Positions 10,004 to 19,140 of a stretch of DNA of 64,000 nt are shown here, piece after piece (within the stretch, counting starts at the first letter, position 1; every line of letters begins with the position of its first letter). The position numbers and the translations under genes are program-made. The notes beneath the pieces are model-generated. The model had not been told where the DNA came from and ran no database searches. It was given only the letters and a program-made list of their open reading frames with translations. Source of the stretch: Candidatus Latescibacterota bacterium (GTDB lineage: Bacteria; Latescibacterota; UBA2968; UBA8231); assembly GCA_965208105.1 (NCBI GenBank), contig OZ242318.1, forward strand, positions 3,616,001 to 3,680,000. The letters are read 5' to 3'.

Positions 10004-10089
10004 GCCGCATCCCACCTAGCGGTGTGGGCCTCGGACCCCCACCCGCCCCCGTACAACCCGCCGCATCCCTTCTCGCGGTGTGGGCCTCG
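10004..10089. repeat. Two 30-bp REP-like direct repeats
   Basis: gccgcatcccacctagcggtgtgggcctcg (10004-10033) and gccgcatcccttctcgcggtgtgggcctcg (10060-10089), 27/30 identical. Confidence 0.75.
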
Positions 10090-10134
10090 CTACTCCTTAC
10101 TCCTGGTGCGGTTCGTCCGGGAGCCGCCGGGGGT

Positions 10135-11508
10135 TCACTTGAAAAACAGCGGGTAGGGACCGCCCTCCGCTTCCCTCTTCAGCAGCAGCACCAGCTCCAT
10201 GGCGTGGTAGTCGCCCCACATGGAGGACTCGCCGCACGGGATACGGCGTTTTGGAGGAATGTAGTCCCATCCGCGCGGCAGGTGGTAGATGGAGTGCAGA
10301 ATGAGGCCCTGGTGCGCGGGGTCGGCGGACAGGTAGGGCTCTTTCAAAAGAGCGCGGGCAATGGTGCAGGCGGCGGCCCTGTAGCGCTGCCCTTTCTTTT
10401 TACGACCAGTGGACAACAGATAATTGCCCAGGCGCAGGTAGCCCTGGGCGGAGATGGCAGCCGCCGAGCTGTCCAGGGCGGTGACGTCGTTGCAGGGGTC
10501 GGATTTCTTGTTGGTGATTTTTCCGAAGGAGCCGACGCCCGGCGCTCCGGTGTCCCAGAAGGGGACCCCGTCGGCAAAGCTGTTCTCGATGTGGAACTCG
10601 GCGGTGGTCAGGGCCGCCCTCTCCATGGTCTTCACGATCTGGGCCTTGCGCCCGAAGGGTTCCACGTCGCTGTTCTTCAGAACGGCGAAGTACTCCAGTT
10701 GCTCGGCGTATCCACAGAGTATCCAGGCAAGCCCGCGGGTCCAGGTGGAGAAGGGGGAGTATCCTTGCTGGGTGCTGGGGCAGCGATAGTTGCCGTCGGT
10801 GGTGTTGAAGATCGATTCGTGCGCCACCCGGCCCGGGAGGTCATAGGCGTCGCGTCCTTCGCCGTAGTAGACGTTGAAGCGGGCGGTGGTTTCGGCGTGT
10901 TCCACCAGGCGGCCCAGGAGACTGATGGGCCGGTCTCCTTCGCCCATGAGCACGTGCCCCAGCTCGTGGCCCAGCCCCAGGATGCGCAGGGAGCGCATGG
11001 TGTCGGAGAACAGCGAGTGGGGACCGTTGAACGAATGGATGAAGCCGCTGCCCGTGGCCGTGGGGGTCCAGCGCGCCGCCTGGACCGCGCCCGAGAGCTT
11101 CAGCGCCAACTCGTAGAATTGCAGCTCTCCGGCGTCGAAGGGAATCCTGTCTTCCAGCATCAGGCGGCGCAGGTTGCCGTAGGTCGACAGGTTGTTGAAG
11201 CCGTGGTCGTGCACGCCGGTGTGCGACACGTGCGGTGCCATCTTCTCGACGGTCCGGCGCCGGCCGATCTCCAGAAAGCGCGGCTCCGCGGTCATGTCGT
11301 ACTGCAGAATGGCGCAGCCGTACTGGAAGCCCTGGGTCCACTCGGTCCAGCCCCGGGTGGTGTAGCGGCCGCGCCGGGTGAACACCGGAGTGCCGCGGGC
11401 GGGGTTCCATTTCCTGTCGAGGTCGAGGATTTTCCCGCCGCTGAGATCGAGGAACCGGTTCAGCGCGGGGAGCAATTTTTGCGGTGTCAGGCCGTGGTTG
11501 ATCTTCAC
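10135..11508 (-). CDS. Unsaturated glucuronyl hydrolase-like glycoside hydrolase (GH88-like)
   Basis: WTEWTQGF, HDHGF, WTRGLAW, DSSAAAI, WGDYH motifs; GTG start VKINHG. Confidence 0.75.
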   Translation of the reverse strand: MKINHGLTPQKLLPALNRFLDLSGGKILDLDRKWNPARGTPVFTRRGRYTTRGWTEWTQGFQYGCAILQYDMTAEPRFLEIGRRRTVEKMAPHVSHTGVHDHGFNNLSTYGNLRRLMLEDRIPFDAGELQFYELALKLSGAVQAARWTPTATGSGFIHSFNGPHSLFSDTMRSLRILGLGHELGHVLMGEGDRPISLLGRLVEHAETTARFNVYYGEGRDAYDLPGRVAHESIFNTTDGNYRCPSTQQGYSPFSTWTRGLAWILCGYAEQLEYFAVLKNSDVEPFGRKAQIVKTMERAALTTAEFHIENSFADGVPFWDTGAPGVGSFGKITNKKSDPCNDVTALDSSAAAISAQGYLRLGNYLLSTGRKKKGQRYRAAACTIARALLKEPYLSADPAHQGLILHSIYHLPRGWDYIPPKRRIPCGESSMWGDYHAMELVLLLKREAEGGPYPLFFK

Positions 11509-11783
11509 CCGAATTCCCTTCTGGAAGAATTGGTGACCGGTGCGGTCGGATTTTCCCGAATATAGCCAACGGGGCAGGGAGCGTCGACCGATGCGGACGG
11601 CTGCAGGGCCGGGCTGGTCGCGCTTGCCCGCAGCCTCGAGCGGCCTGGCCCTCACCAGCTTTTGGGCATGATGCCGGCTGGTGGGAATCCTCGCCACTAG
11701 GTCCGGCATGGGTTATTATTGGGGAGCCGCGGCGCGGGTGCAGCGGCTGCGGCCAAGGCGGACTTCATCGAGGAGAAGGCGGT

Positions 11784-12431
11784 ATGGCGGACCGGAGCTA
11801 TGCGGACCTTGAGGCCTACAGGATGAGCCTCTTCGTCCGGGAGGACGAGGTGCTCAGGGGAGTGATGCCGGCGGCGGTGAAGGAGGGCGTGCCGCCGATT
11901 TCGGTAAACGCCGACTCGGGAATGACTCTCCATCTTCTGGCCAGGAGCATCGGGGCGCAGAAGATCCTGGAGTTCGGCAGTCTGGCCGGATACTCGGGTA
12001 TATGGCTGGCGCGCGCCCTTCCCCCTCAAGGCCGGCTGATTTCCCTGGAGGTGGACCCTCTCCACGTCGAGATCGCCCGCGCCAACTACGCCAGGGCCGG
12101 GGTGTCTGACCGGGCGGAGGTGCGGCTGGGCGCCGCCCTGGACCTTTTGCCCGAGGTGGCTCCCGAGGGTCCCTTCGACCTTGCCTTCATCGACGCCGAC
12201 AAGGAGAACTACCCGCGTTACCTGGACTTTTCCCTGGAGCACGTGCGGGCGGGTGGGCTGATCATCGCCGACAACGCCGACGGCCACGGCCACGCCCACG
12301 AGGTCCTGGAAGAGGGAGACGGCCGCCGCGGAATCCAGATCTACAACCGGCGGGTCGCCCGGGATCGGCGCCTTGTTTCCCACATCCTGCCCGTGGGCGG
12401 GTGGTTGGCCGTGTCCGTCAAGGTGGGTTAG
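11784..12431 (+). CDS. SAM-dependent O-methyltransferase (caffeoyl-CoA OMT-like)
   Basis: LEFGSLAGYS, FIDADK, IIADN. Confidence 0.88.
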   Translation: MADRSYADLEAYRMSLFVREDEVLRGVMPAAVKEGVPPISVNADSGMTLHLLARSIGAQKILEFGSLAGYSGIWLARALPPQGRLISLEVDPLHVEIARANYARAGVSDRAEVRLGAALDLLPEVAPEGPFDLAFIDADKENYPRYLDFSLEHVRAGGLIIADNADGHGHAHEVLEEGDGRRGIQIYNRRVARDRRLVSHILPVGGWLAVSVKVG

Positions 12432-12491
12432 GCGGCGTTGGGGCGGGCAGCCGGGCGCACGGACCGTTAAACTTCACCCGGAGGTTGGATC

Positions 12492-12926
12492 ATGCTGGTT
12501 GGCATATCCCCCTTGATGAGCCCGCGGTTGCTGGCGGTGCTCTACCGCATGGGCCACGGCGACGAGATAGTGCTGGCCGACACCCACTTTCCCGGCGAGT
12601 CGTGCAACGACCGGGTGGTCCGTGCCGATGGCCTGCGGGTCGCCGACCTGCTGGAGGCCATCCTGCCCCTGTTCGCCCTGGACACCTACGTGAAGAGCCC
12701 GGTGTTCACCATGGCGCCGGTTCCCGGCGACAACCTGGATCCGGCCGTCGAGGCCTCCTACCGCGAGGTCATCGACAGGTACTGGCCTGATACTCCCCCG
12801 TTCGAGCGCGTCGAACGCTTCGCCTTCTACGAGCAGGCACGGCGCGCCTTCGCCGTGGTAATGAGCGGGGAGACGGCCAAGTACGGCAACATAATCCTCA
12901 AGAAAGGGGTGACCCCGGCGGGTTGA
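12492..12926 (+). CDS. fucU: RbsD/FucU-family sugar mutarotase
   Basis: [28 protein letters not shown]. Confidence 0.85.
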   Translation: MLVGISPLMSPRLLAVLYRMGHGDEIVLADTHFPGESCNDRVVRADGLRVADLLEAILPLFALDTYVKSPVFTMAPVPGDNLDPAVEASYREVIDRYWPDTPPFERVERFAFYEQARRAFAVVMSGETAKYGNIILKKGVTPAG

Positions 12927-12945
12927 GCATGGGAAGGAACCGGCA

Positions 12946-14136
12946 GTGAAGATCGTCGAGGTGGAGACCTTCGTGGTCGACGCGGGCTGGCGCCCCTGGA
13001 TCTTCGTCAAGGTGGAGACCGACGCCGGGATTACCGGGTACGGGGAGTGCAGCGACGGCAGGAACCCCTGGGGAGTGGCGGGCGCGGTGGAGGATATGAA
13101 GCCCCTCCTCCTGGGACAGGATCCCCGGCCTTACGAGATGCGGTTCTGGGACATGGTGCGGGGGTCGCGCCAGAGTCCCGGGGGGATCGCCGCCAAGGCC
13201 ATAGCCGGCATCGAGCTGGCCCTGGTCGACCTCAAGGCCAAGGCCCTGAGGGTCTCGGTGGTCGAGCTGTTCGGAGGGCCGACCCGCGACCAGGTGCGGG
13301 TCTACTGGTCCCACTGCGGCACCAGCCGCGCCGCCCACGCGGAATTCCTGGACGGCACCGCTCCCATCCGCGGCATGGAGGATATTGCCGCACTGGGCCG
13401 CGAGGTGGTGGAGCGCGGCTTCACGGCGCTGAAGACCAACATCGTAATTCCCGGCGATCCCGCCGAGGTCTACTCCCCCGGCTTCGGCCGGGGACCCGGC
13501 ACCACGGACCAGACCGTCACGCCGCAGCTGCTGCGCCACATCGAGACTCTGGTGGGCACCTTCAAAGATGCGGTGGGCGCGGACGTCGACATCAGCCTCG
13601 ACCTCAACTTCAACTTCAAGCCCGAGGCCTGCATGCGCATTGCGAGGGTCCTTGAGCCCTTCGACCTGATGTGGCTGGAGATCGACCTCTACGAGCCGGA
13701 TGCCCTGGCCCAGATCAAGGACTCCACCTCCACCAGGATCTGCAGCGGAGAAAATTTGTTCTACATGCGCGAGTTCATTCCCTACTTCCAGCGCCGCGCC
13801 GCCGACGTGTTCATGGTGGACGTGCCCTGGAACGGGTTTGCCCAGTCAAAGAAGATCGGAGATCTGGCCGAGGCCTATCAGCTCAACGTCGCGCCCCACA
13901 ACTACTACAGCCATCTCTCCACCTTCATCAGCGCCAGCCTGTGCGCGGTCCTGCCCAACGTGCGCATAATGGAGACCGACGTCGACGACGTGCCCTGGAA
14001 GGACGAGCTCGTCACCAGGCTTCCCCTGATCGCTGCCGGCCACATGCAGATTCCCCAGGGTCCGGGCTGGGGCACCGATCTGGTCGAGGAGGAGTTGAAG
14101 AGGCATCCGTGGGGCGGCAAGAAATCGAGCTGGTAG
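12946..14136 (+). CDS. Mandelate racemase/muconate lactonizing enzyme family (acid-sugar dehydratase-like)
   Basis: VKVETDAGITGYGE, KT/D/E/GE metal-site pattern, APHN, PQGPGWG. Confidence 0.88.
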   Translation: MKIVEVETFVVDAGWRPWIFVKVETDAGITGYGECSDGRNPWGVAGAVEDMKPLLLGQDPRPYEMRFWDMVRGSRQSPGGIAAKAIAGIELALVDLKAKALRVSVVELFGGPTRDQVRVYWSHCGTSRAAHAEFLDGTAPIRGMEDIAALGREVVERGFTALKTNIVIPGDPAEVYSPGFGRGPGTTDQTVTPQLLRHIETLVGTFKDAVGADVDISLDLNFNFKPEACMRIARVLEPFDLMWLEIDLYEPDALAQIKDSTSTRICSGENLFYMREFIPYFQRRAADVFMVDVPWNGFAQSKKIGDLAEAYQLNVAPHNYYSHLSTFISASLCAVLPNVRIMETDVDDVPWKDELVTRLPLIAAGHMQIPQGPGWGTDLVEEELKRHPWGGKKSSW

Positions 14137-14236
14137 GCGCCGCCGGATGTTGACACCGCCAAGATGTTCTATATTTCCTTCCAGGCGATTTTCAAGCTTC
14201 CCGATACCGCAAACCTTCCAATCCCGAGGTGTGAAC

Positions 14237-16795
14237 ATGTCCACAGTAACGCCCGCTGGTGCTGGCCTTGGCTCTTTCTCGACGAAGAAGAACTTCGAAC
14301 CGCTGCAGGTGGACCTGCCGGAGTTCGAGCGCGAATTCATGGAAGACGTGGGGTTCATGAACGCCATGACCCTGATCACCCTGGGCAACTACGCCCAGAC
14401 CGGTCATTTCGGCGGCCCCCTGGCCTACACCCCCTACAACGTCGCCATTCACCTCGGCGGTCCGGAGCTTGGCGGGCTGCGCTACGACATCCGCGAACCC
14501 AAGCATCCATACGCCGATAAGTTCATGCTGGCCGGCGGCCACTGCATACCCACCTGCTACGCCCTGTGGATGATCCTCTACCAAGCCCTGCTGAACCACC
14601 ACGAGGACACCGGCGACGACAAGTTCGGGTTCGATCCCCGGGTCGCGGTGCTGCCCATCGACGGGCTCGGCTTCCGGCGTTCGGCGGGGGTATGCGCGAC
14701 AATGCTGCAGGACAACGGCCTCGCCGATCATCCTCTCTTCGCCCAGGCCGGGCTGCGCGGCATCCGCGCCCTGGCCGGGCACTCCGAGACCACCGACGCC
14801 ACCAACGACGTGAACGGCGGGCCCTCCGGGGTCGGCATCTCCACGTCAGCCGGCAAGGCCATGTTCTGGGATGCGGTGGGCGCAGACCACAAGCTCAAGA
14901 TCCTCGCCTTCGAGGGAGAGTTCGCCTTCACCGAAGGCCACGCCCAGGAGCTCAAGACCGCGGCATTGGCGCAGCAGGTGGGCAAGCGCCTGAGGATTCT
15001 CTTTTCCATGAACAACTCCGGCATCGACGACCTTCTCCTCGGAGGCGTTGTGCGCGACACCTACGACTACGATCTGCCCAGCCAGTGGTCGTCGTACGGC
15101 TGGAACGTGTTCACGCTCGAGAACGGCAACGACTACACCCAGATTTTCGCGGCCCTGAAGAACATGGAGGACTGGGATGGCGCCGACCGCCGTCCCATGG
15201 TGGTCATCGGCCGCACCGTCAAGGGCTGGTGGCCGGCGGCGCAGAACGGGGAGATCCCCGGCTACGGCGAGCAGATCGTGGACTACGCCAGCCATCCCTA
15301 CAGCTTCAAGATGAACTGCGAGTACTTCCAGGCCCTGGCCTCTACCTTCGAAAAGCGCTACGGCGTCGAGTTCCAGGGGCTGGAGGCCGGTCCCACCGCC
15401 AGCGAGCCCGAGCGCCTGATCCAGTTCAAGACCAACATGGACGTCATCATGTCCGTCCTGGAGAAGAAGAAAGGGCTGCGCCAATGGATCGCCGAGCAAC
15501 TGCTGGACAGCGCCGCGAAACTCGACCGCGGCATGGCGGTATCCATCCCCACCGATGTCAATCCCTTCGGCGACCGGCGCCTGAAAGTGGAGAACCTGCC
15601 CGTCGATCCCATTGATGCCACGTGCAGGAATTTCCACACCGGGGAGGAAATGTCCCGCGAGGTGAATCTCTTCCTGAAACCCGGCGAGAAGAAAGGCACG
15701 CGGGCGGCGCTTTCCGAAATCGGAGCCTATCTCAACCACGTCACCGGCAACCGGCTCTACACCGTGGCCGCGGACCTCTCCAACTCGATCAACGTCGAAA
15801 AAGCCAACTTCTGGGGCCACTACGATCCGGTGCACAATCCCGGGGGCACCCGCGCCAAGTCGGGTATCAACGAGGCGGTGAACGCGGCCACCATCTGCGG
15901 CCTCGCCGGCCAGAGCGTGTCCACCGACCCGGACCTCCACGCCGGGGTCTGGGGCTGGAGCGGCACCTACGGCGCCTTCACCCCCCTGATGTACCTGCCG
16001 GTGCGCATCCACAGCCAGCAGAACCAGGACAGCCCGTTCGAGCTGGGTGTGGTCACCGTCATAGCCGGTCACTCCGGGCCCGAGACCGCCGCCGACGCGC
16101 GCAGCCACTTCGGCGTGTTCGCGCCCCAGGTCTGGACCCTCTTTCCCAGGGGGCAGGTGTGCAACCTCTATTTCTGGGACTACAACGACGTGGCGCCGGG
16201 TTACTTCGCCGCGGTGGACGCCGCGGTGAGCAGAAAGGAGCTCGGGGTCATCGTCATCCACGTGGCCCGGCCCGACTTCTACGTGGCCGACCGCAGCGGC
16301 TGGGCCGACCCCGACCTCAAGTCCTCGGCCAGGGGCTGCTATCTCATCCGCGACTGGAATGCGGCCCAACCTCCCTGCGGAACGGTCCTGGTGCAGGGCT
16401 CCAGCGCCTCGAACAACCTGGTGTCCATCATGGACCGCCTCGACGACGAAGGCCTCAACGTGAGGATCGTGGCGGTCATCAGCGAGGATCTCTTCAACCT
16501 GCAGACGGAGGAATACCGCCGGTCCATCCTCCCCGACGCGCAGCGCTACGACTGCATGGTGGTGACCACCATGACCCGTAGGGTGATGCCCATCGCCAAC
16601 CTGGGACCTCTCACCGACGAGTACACCCTGGCGTCGGACCACGACGACCGCTGGCGCACCGGGGGCATGGAAGAGGACGTCATCGCCGAGGCCAAGCTCG
16701 ATCCCGAGTCCATATACCGGGGGATCAAGCGCTTCGTCGACGAGCGCGAAAATCGGCTCGGGCGGCAGAAGGAGGCCTTCGCCTCACTGGGATAG
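14237..16795 (+). CDS. Large transketolase-like ThDP-dependent enzyme (~852 aa)
   Basis: GHFGG, AGGH, GEFAFTEG...NN (variant GDG motif), ADLSNS, GINE, HSGPETAADARSH. Confidence 0.75.
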   Translation: MSTVTPAGAGLGSFSTKKNFEPLQVDLPEFEREFMEDVGFMNAMTLITLGNYAQTGHFGGPLAYTPYNVAIHLGGPELGGLRYDIREPKHPYADKFMLAGGHCIPTCYALWMILYQALLNHHEDTGDDKFGFDPRVAVLPIDGLGFRRSAGVCATMLQDNGLADHPLFAQAGLRGIRALAGHSETTDATNDVNGGPSGVGISTSAGKAMFWDAVGADHKLKILAFEGEFAFTEGHAQELKTAALAQQVGKRLRILFSMNNSGIDDLLLGGVVRDTYDYDLPSQWSSYGWNVFTLENGNDYTQIFAALKNMEDWDGADRRPMVVIGRTVKGWWPAAQNGEIPGYGEQIVDYASHPYSFKMNCEYFQALASTFEKRYGVEFQGLEAGPTASEPERLIQFKTNMDVIMSVLEKKKGLRQWIAEQLLDSAAKLDRGMAVSIPTDVNPFGDRRLKVENLPVDPIDATCRNFHTGEEMSREVNLFLKPGEKKGTRAALSEIGAYLNHVTGNRLYTVAADLSNSINVEKANFWGHYDPVHNPGGTRAKSGINEAVNAATICGLAGQSVSTDPDLHAGVWGWSGTYGAFTPLMYLPVRIHSQQNQDSPFELGVVTVIAGHSGPETAADARSHFGVFAPQVWTLFPRGQVCNLYFWDYNDVAPGYFAAVDAAVSRKELGVIVIHVARPDFYVADRSGWADPDLKSSARGCYLIRDWNAAQPPCGTVLVQGSSASNNLVSIMDRLDDEGLNVRIVAVISEDLFNLQTEEYRRSILPDAQRYDCMVVTTMTRRVMPIANLGPLTDEYTLASDHDDRWRTGGMEEDVIAEAKLDPESIYRGIKRFVDERENRLGRQKEAFASLG

Positions 16796-16962
16796 GTGCT
16801 GGAGGGGTCTGTCCGGTGGAATTTTCGGCGGACGGACCTGGCGCCCGCCGCCGGCAGCGGCGCCGGGACGACCTCCCTGGCCCAGGTGCCGACTGGCCCA
16901 CCTGCTTCCGGGACCGCCGGCGCAGGTAGCCGGTGAGGGAAATCCCGGCGAGGGCCTGCTAC

Positions 16963-17859
16963 CTAGTAGAGGGCGCGGTGAAGCCGCTGGGGGTAGTCGC
17001 CGACGCTTTCGTGGCGGCGTCCAAGGTGGAAGAAGAGAGAGATCATGGCCTCCCTGGCTGCGCCGTCGCGGAAGTCCTTCTTGCGCTCGACGATGGTCAG
17101 CCATTCCTTCAGCGCCGCGGCGAAGTCCCCTTCCGCTGCGGCGCAGCAGCCGAGCTCGTAGCGGGCGTTCAGATCGTCGGGATCGGCCTGCAGCCTGCGG
17201 GAGCATGCCTCGGAGCCGCCGGCTTCCCCGCAGGTGCGGGCCATGTCGATGAGATGCAGCAGGGCCTGCGCCGGCTTGTACTCCGAGCTGCCATCCTTCA
17301 CCCTTCCCACCACGGCCTCCACCGCCTCGTGTTCGCCCTGCCGCTGCCGCACACGGGCCAGGCCGAGAAGGGCCCCGCCGTCCTCGGGGTGGTCGCTCAG
17401 AAACTCGTCGTAAAGGCGGGCGGCTCCGTCCAGGTCTCCCGTCTCGGCCAGGCTTGCCGCATGTTCCAGGGGATCGTCCCCGAGTTCCGCATCGGCGGCG
17501 GATTCAGGCACCAGGGGCCGCAGTATTTCCTCGATCTGCTCCCTGGGCAGGGCTCCGGTGAACTCCTTCACGAGCTGGCCGTTCTTGACGATCTTGACCG
17601 CGGGGATGCCCTGGACTCCGAAGGCCATGGCCAGTTGCTGGTTGTCGTCCACGTTGACCTTGGCCAGGACCGCCCCGTCCCCCAGGGAGGCGACGACCTC
17701 GGTGAGGATGGGCCCCAGGGTGCGGCAGGGCCCGCACCAGGGAGCCCAGAAGTCCACGACCACCAGGTGGTCCTGTGAGCCCTGGATTACCACTTCCTCG
17801 AAGTTGGAGGCGTCGACGTCGACGGCCTGCGGACCTGTCTGCATTTCCATTGAGCCCAT
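16963..17859 (-). CDS. cnoX: Thioredoxin-TPR chaperedoxin (CnoX/YbbN family)
   Basis: DFWAPWCGPC thioredoxin domain plus C-terminal TPR-like helices ending RALY. Confidence 0.85.
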   Translation of the reverse strand: MGSMEMQTGPQAVDVDASNFEEVVIQGSQDHLVVVDFWAPWCGPCRTLGPILTEVVASLGDGAVLAKVNVDDNQQLAMAFGVQGIPAVKIVKNGQLVKEFTGALPREQIEEILRPLVPESAADAELGDDPLEHAASLAETGDLDGAARLYDEFLSDHPEDGGALLGLARVRQRQGEHEAVEAVVGRVKDGSSEYKPAQALLHLIDMARTCGEAGGSEACSRRLQADPDDLNARYELGCCAAAEGDFAAALKEWLTIVERKKDFRDGAAREAMISLFFHLGRRHESVGDYPQRLHRALY

Positions 17860-17928
17860 TCCCGGGTTGGTGGGACCAGCCCTGATTGTATGGTTCCGGG
17901 GAGGTGTGACGCAACCCCTGGTCTATGC

Positions 17929-18084
17929 GCCCGTTGAAAAAGTCCATCCGGGCTGCGGCCGGCCCTGGCGGTCGAATACGGCGTTGCGCTCCCTCCCCGA
18001 ATCCCCTCGATTCGCCTCGGTCGCACGCCTTGCCTTCGACCGCCATGCCTCGGCCTCGCCTGCAGAGCAACTTTATCAACGGGC
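17929..18084. mobile_element. MITE-like element (~156 bp)
   Basis: TIR gcccgttgaaaaagt (17929-17943) / actttatcaacgggc (18070-18084), 14/15 match; internal 11-bp IR at 17966-17976/18035-18045; CTAG at 18087-18090. Confidence 0.65.
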
Positions 18085-18086
18085 TG

Positions 18087-19136
18087 CTAGCGCCCGCGGC
18101 CGCGCCCGGCGATCTCCCAGGTGTCCACCACCTCGCCCTTGCGCACCGCGTGGAGGCGGTCGTGCAGATTGGTGGTCATGCCGCCGTGCAGGGGTATGAA
18201 GGAGAGGACTTCCCCAACCGCGAAGCTGTGGTTGGAGCGGCTGACGTTGACCTCCGAGTGCTCCACGAACATGACATCGATCCAGATCTCGGGGTGCTCC
18301 AGGCAGTAGCCGTAGGGCAGGGGCGGAAAGTTGTTGAAGGCCTTCTGGCCGGCGTCCACGATGACGGCGCCGGGCCGGTTCGCGCTGACCACGGTAACCG
18401 CCAGGCGCAGGGAGCAGCGGTCCGGGTGCAGGTCATCGCGTTCGCGTATGCGGGTCATGCCCTCGTAGGCGTAGGATCCGATGCGGGCTTCGGTGCATCC
18501 CAGGGACTTGGAGACCTCCTCGTCGCCGGTGCCTCCGCCGCTGACCACGGCTAGGGGCAGCCCGGCGCGGGAGGTCAAATCGCGGACCTCGTCCAGGAAG
18601 GGACGGGCCTCCTCCTTGCTGGGATAGAGCATGACGCCGCCGAACTCGAGGCCGGGCAGACCGTCGATGAGCCGGGCGAGCTCCAGGGTTTCCCGGGGCG
18701 ACTGGGTGCCGCAGCGCCCCAGCCCGGTGTCCATCTCGACGATGGTGCGGATGGTGCAGCCGTCCCTGGCGGCCTGGCGCGACAGGCCCTCCGCCACCGC
18801 GGCTGAATCGGCCGCCACGGCGATGGCCGCCTGGTCCCTTCTGATCAGGCGGGTGAGGCGCTCCAGCTTGGAGGGGCCGATGATGTTGTAGAGGATGAAC
18901 ACGTCCTCGAGGCCGCCATCGACCATGACCTCGGCCTCGCCCAGCTTCTGGCAGCAGATGCCTTTGGCGCCGGCGCCGATCTGCATGCGGGCGATCTCGG
19001 GAGTCTTGTGGGTCTTGGTGTGGACCCGGAGGTCTATGCCGAGGCGGTCGCAGCGCTGCTGCAGGGTGGAGATGTTGTTCTCCAGGATGTCGAGGTCGAC
19101 CCACAGGGCCGGAGTGTCAATGTCGCCGAGGTGCAT
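18087..19136 (-). CDS. DSD1/D-threonine aldolase-like PLP enzyme (alanine racemase fold)
   Basis: IDTPALWVD, RVHTKTHK, QKLGEAE, SGGGT, DAGQKA, ARGR end. Confidence 0.85.
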   Translation of the reverse strand: MHLGDIDTPALWVDLDILENNISTLQQRCDRLGIDLRVHTKTHKTPEIARMQIGAGAKGICCQKLGEAEVMVDGGLEDVFILYNIIGPSKLERLTRLIRRDQAAIAVAADSAAVAEGLSRQAARDGCTIRTIVEMDTGLGRCGTQSPRETLELARLIDGLPGLEFGGVMLYPSKEEARPFLDEVRDLTSRAGLPLAVVSGGGTGDEEVSKSLGCTEARIGSYAYEGMTRIRERDDLHPDRCSLRLAVTVVSANRPGAVIVDAGQKAFNNFPPLPYGYCLEHPEIWIDVMFVEHSEVNVSRSNHSFAVGEVLSFIPLHGGMTTNLHDRLHAVRKGEVVDTWEIAGRGRGR

Positions 19137-19140
19137 GGAA

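Noticed and set aside
10004-10089. Possible CRISPR mini-array
   Set aside because: Only two units, a 26-bp spacer, internal mismatches, no cas genes and no leader.
14150-14177. Promoter upstream of the transketolase-like gene
   Set aside because: TTGACA is present, but the best -10 (TATATT) has only a 14-bp spacer; not called.
16796-16962. GC-rich intergenic stretches (also 3513-3659, 5095-5280, 46942-47051) as further MITE copies
   Set aside because: Only short or ragged inverted repeats; not distinguishable from chance by eye.
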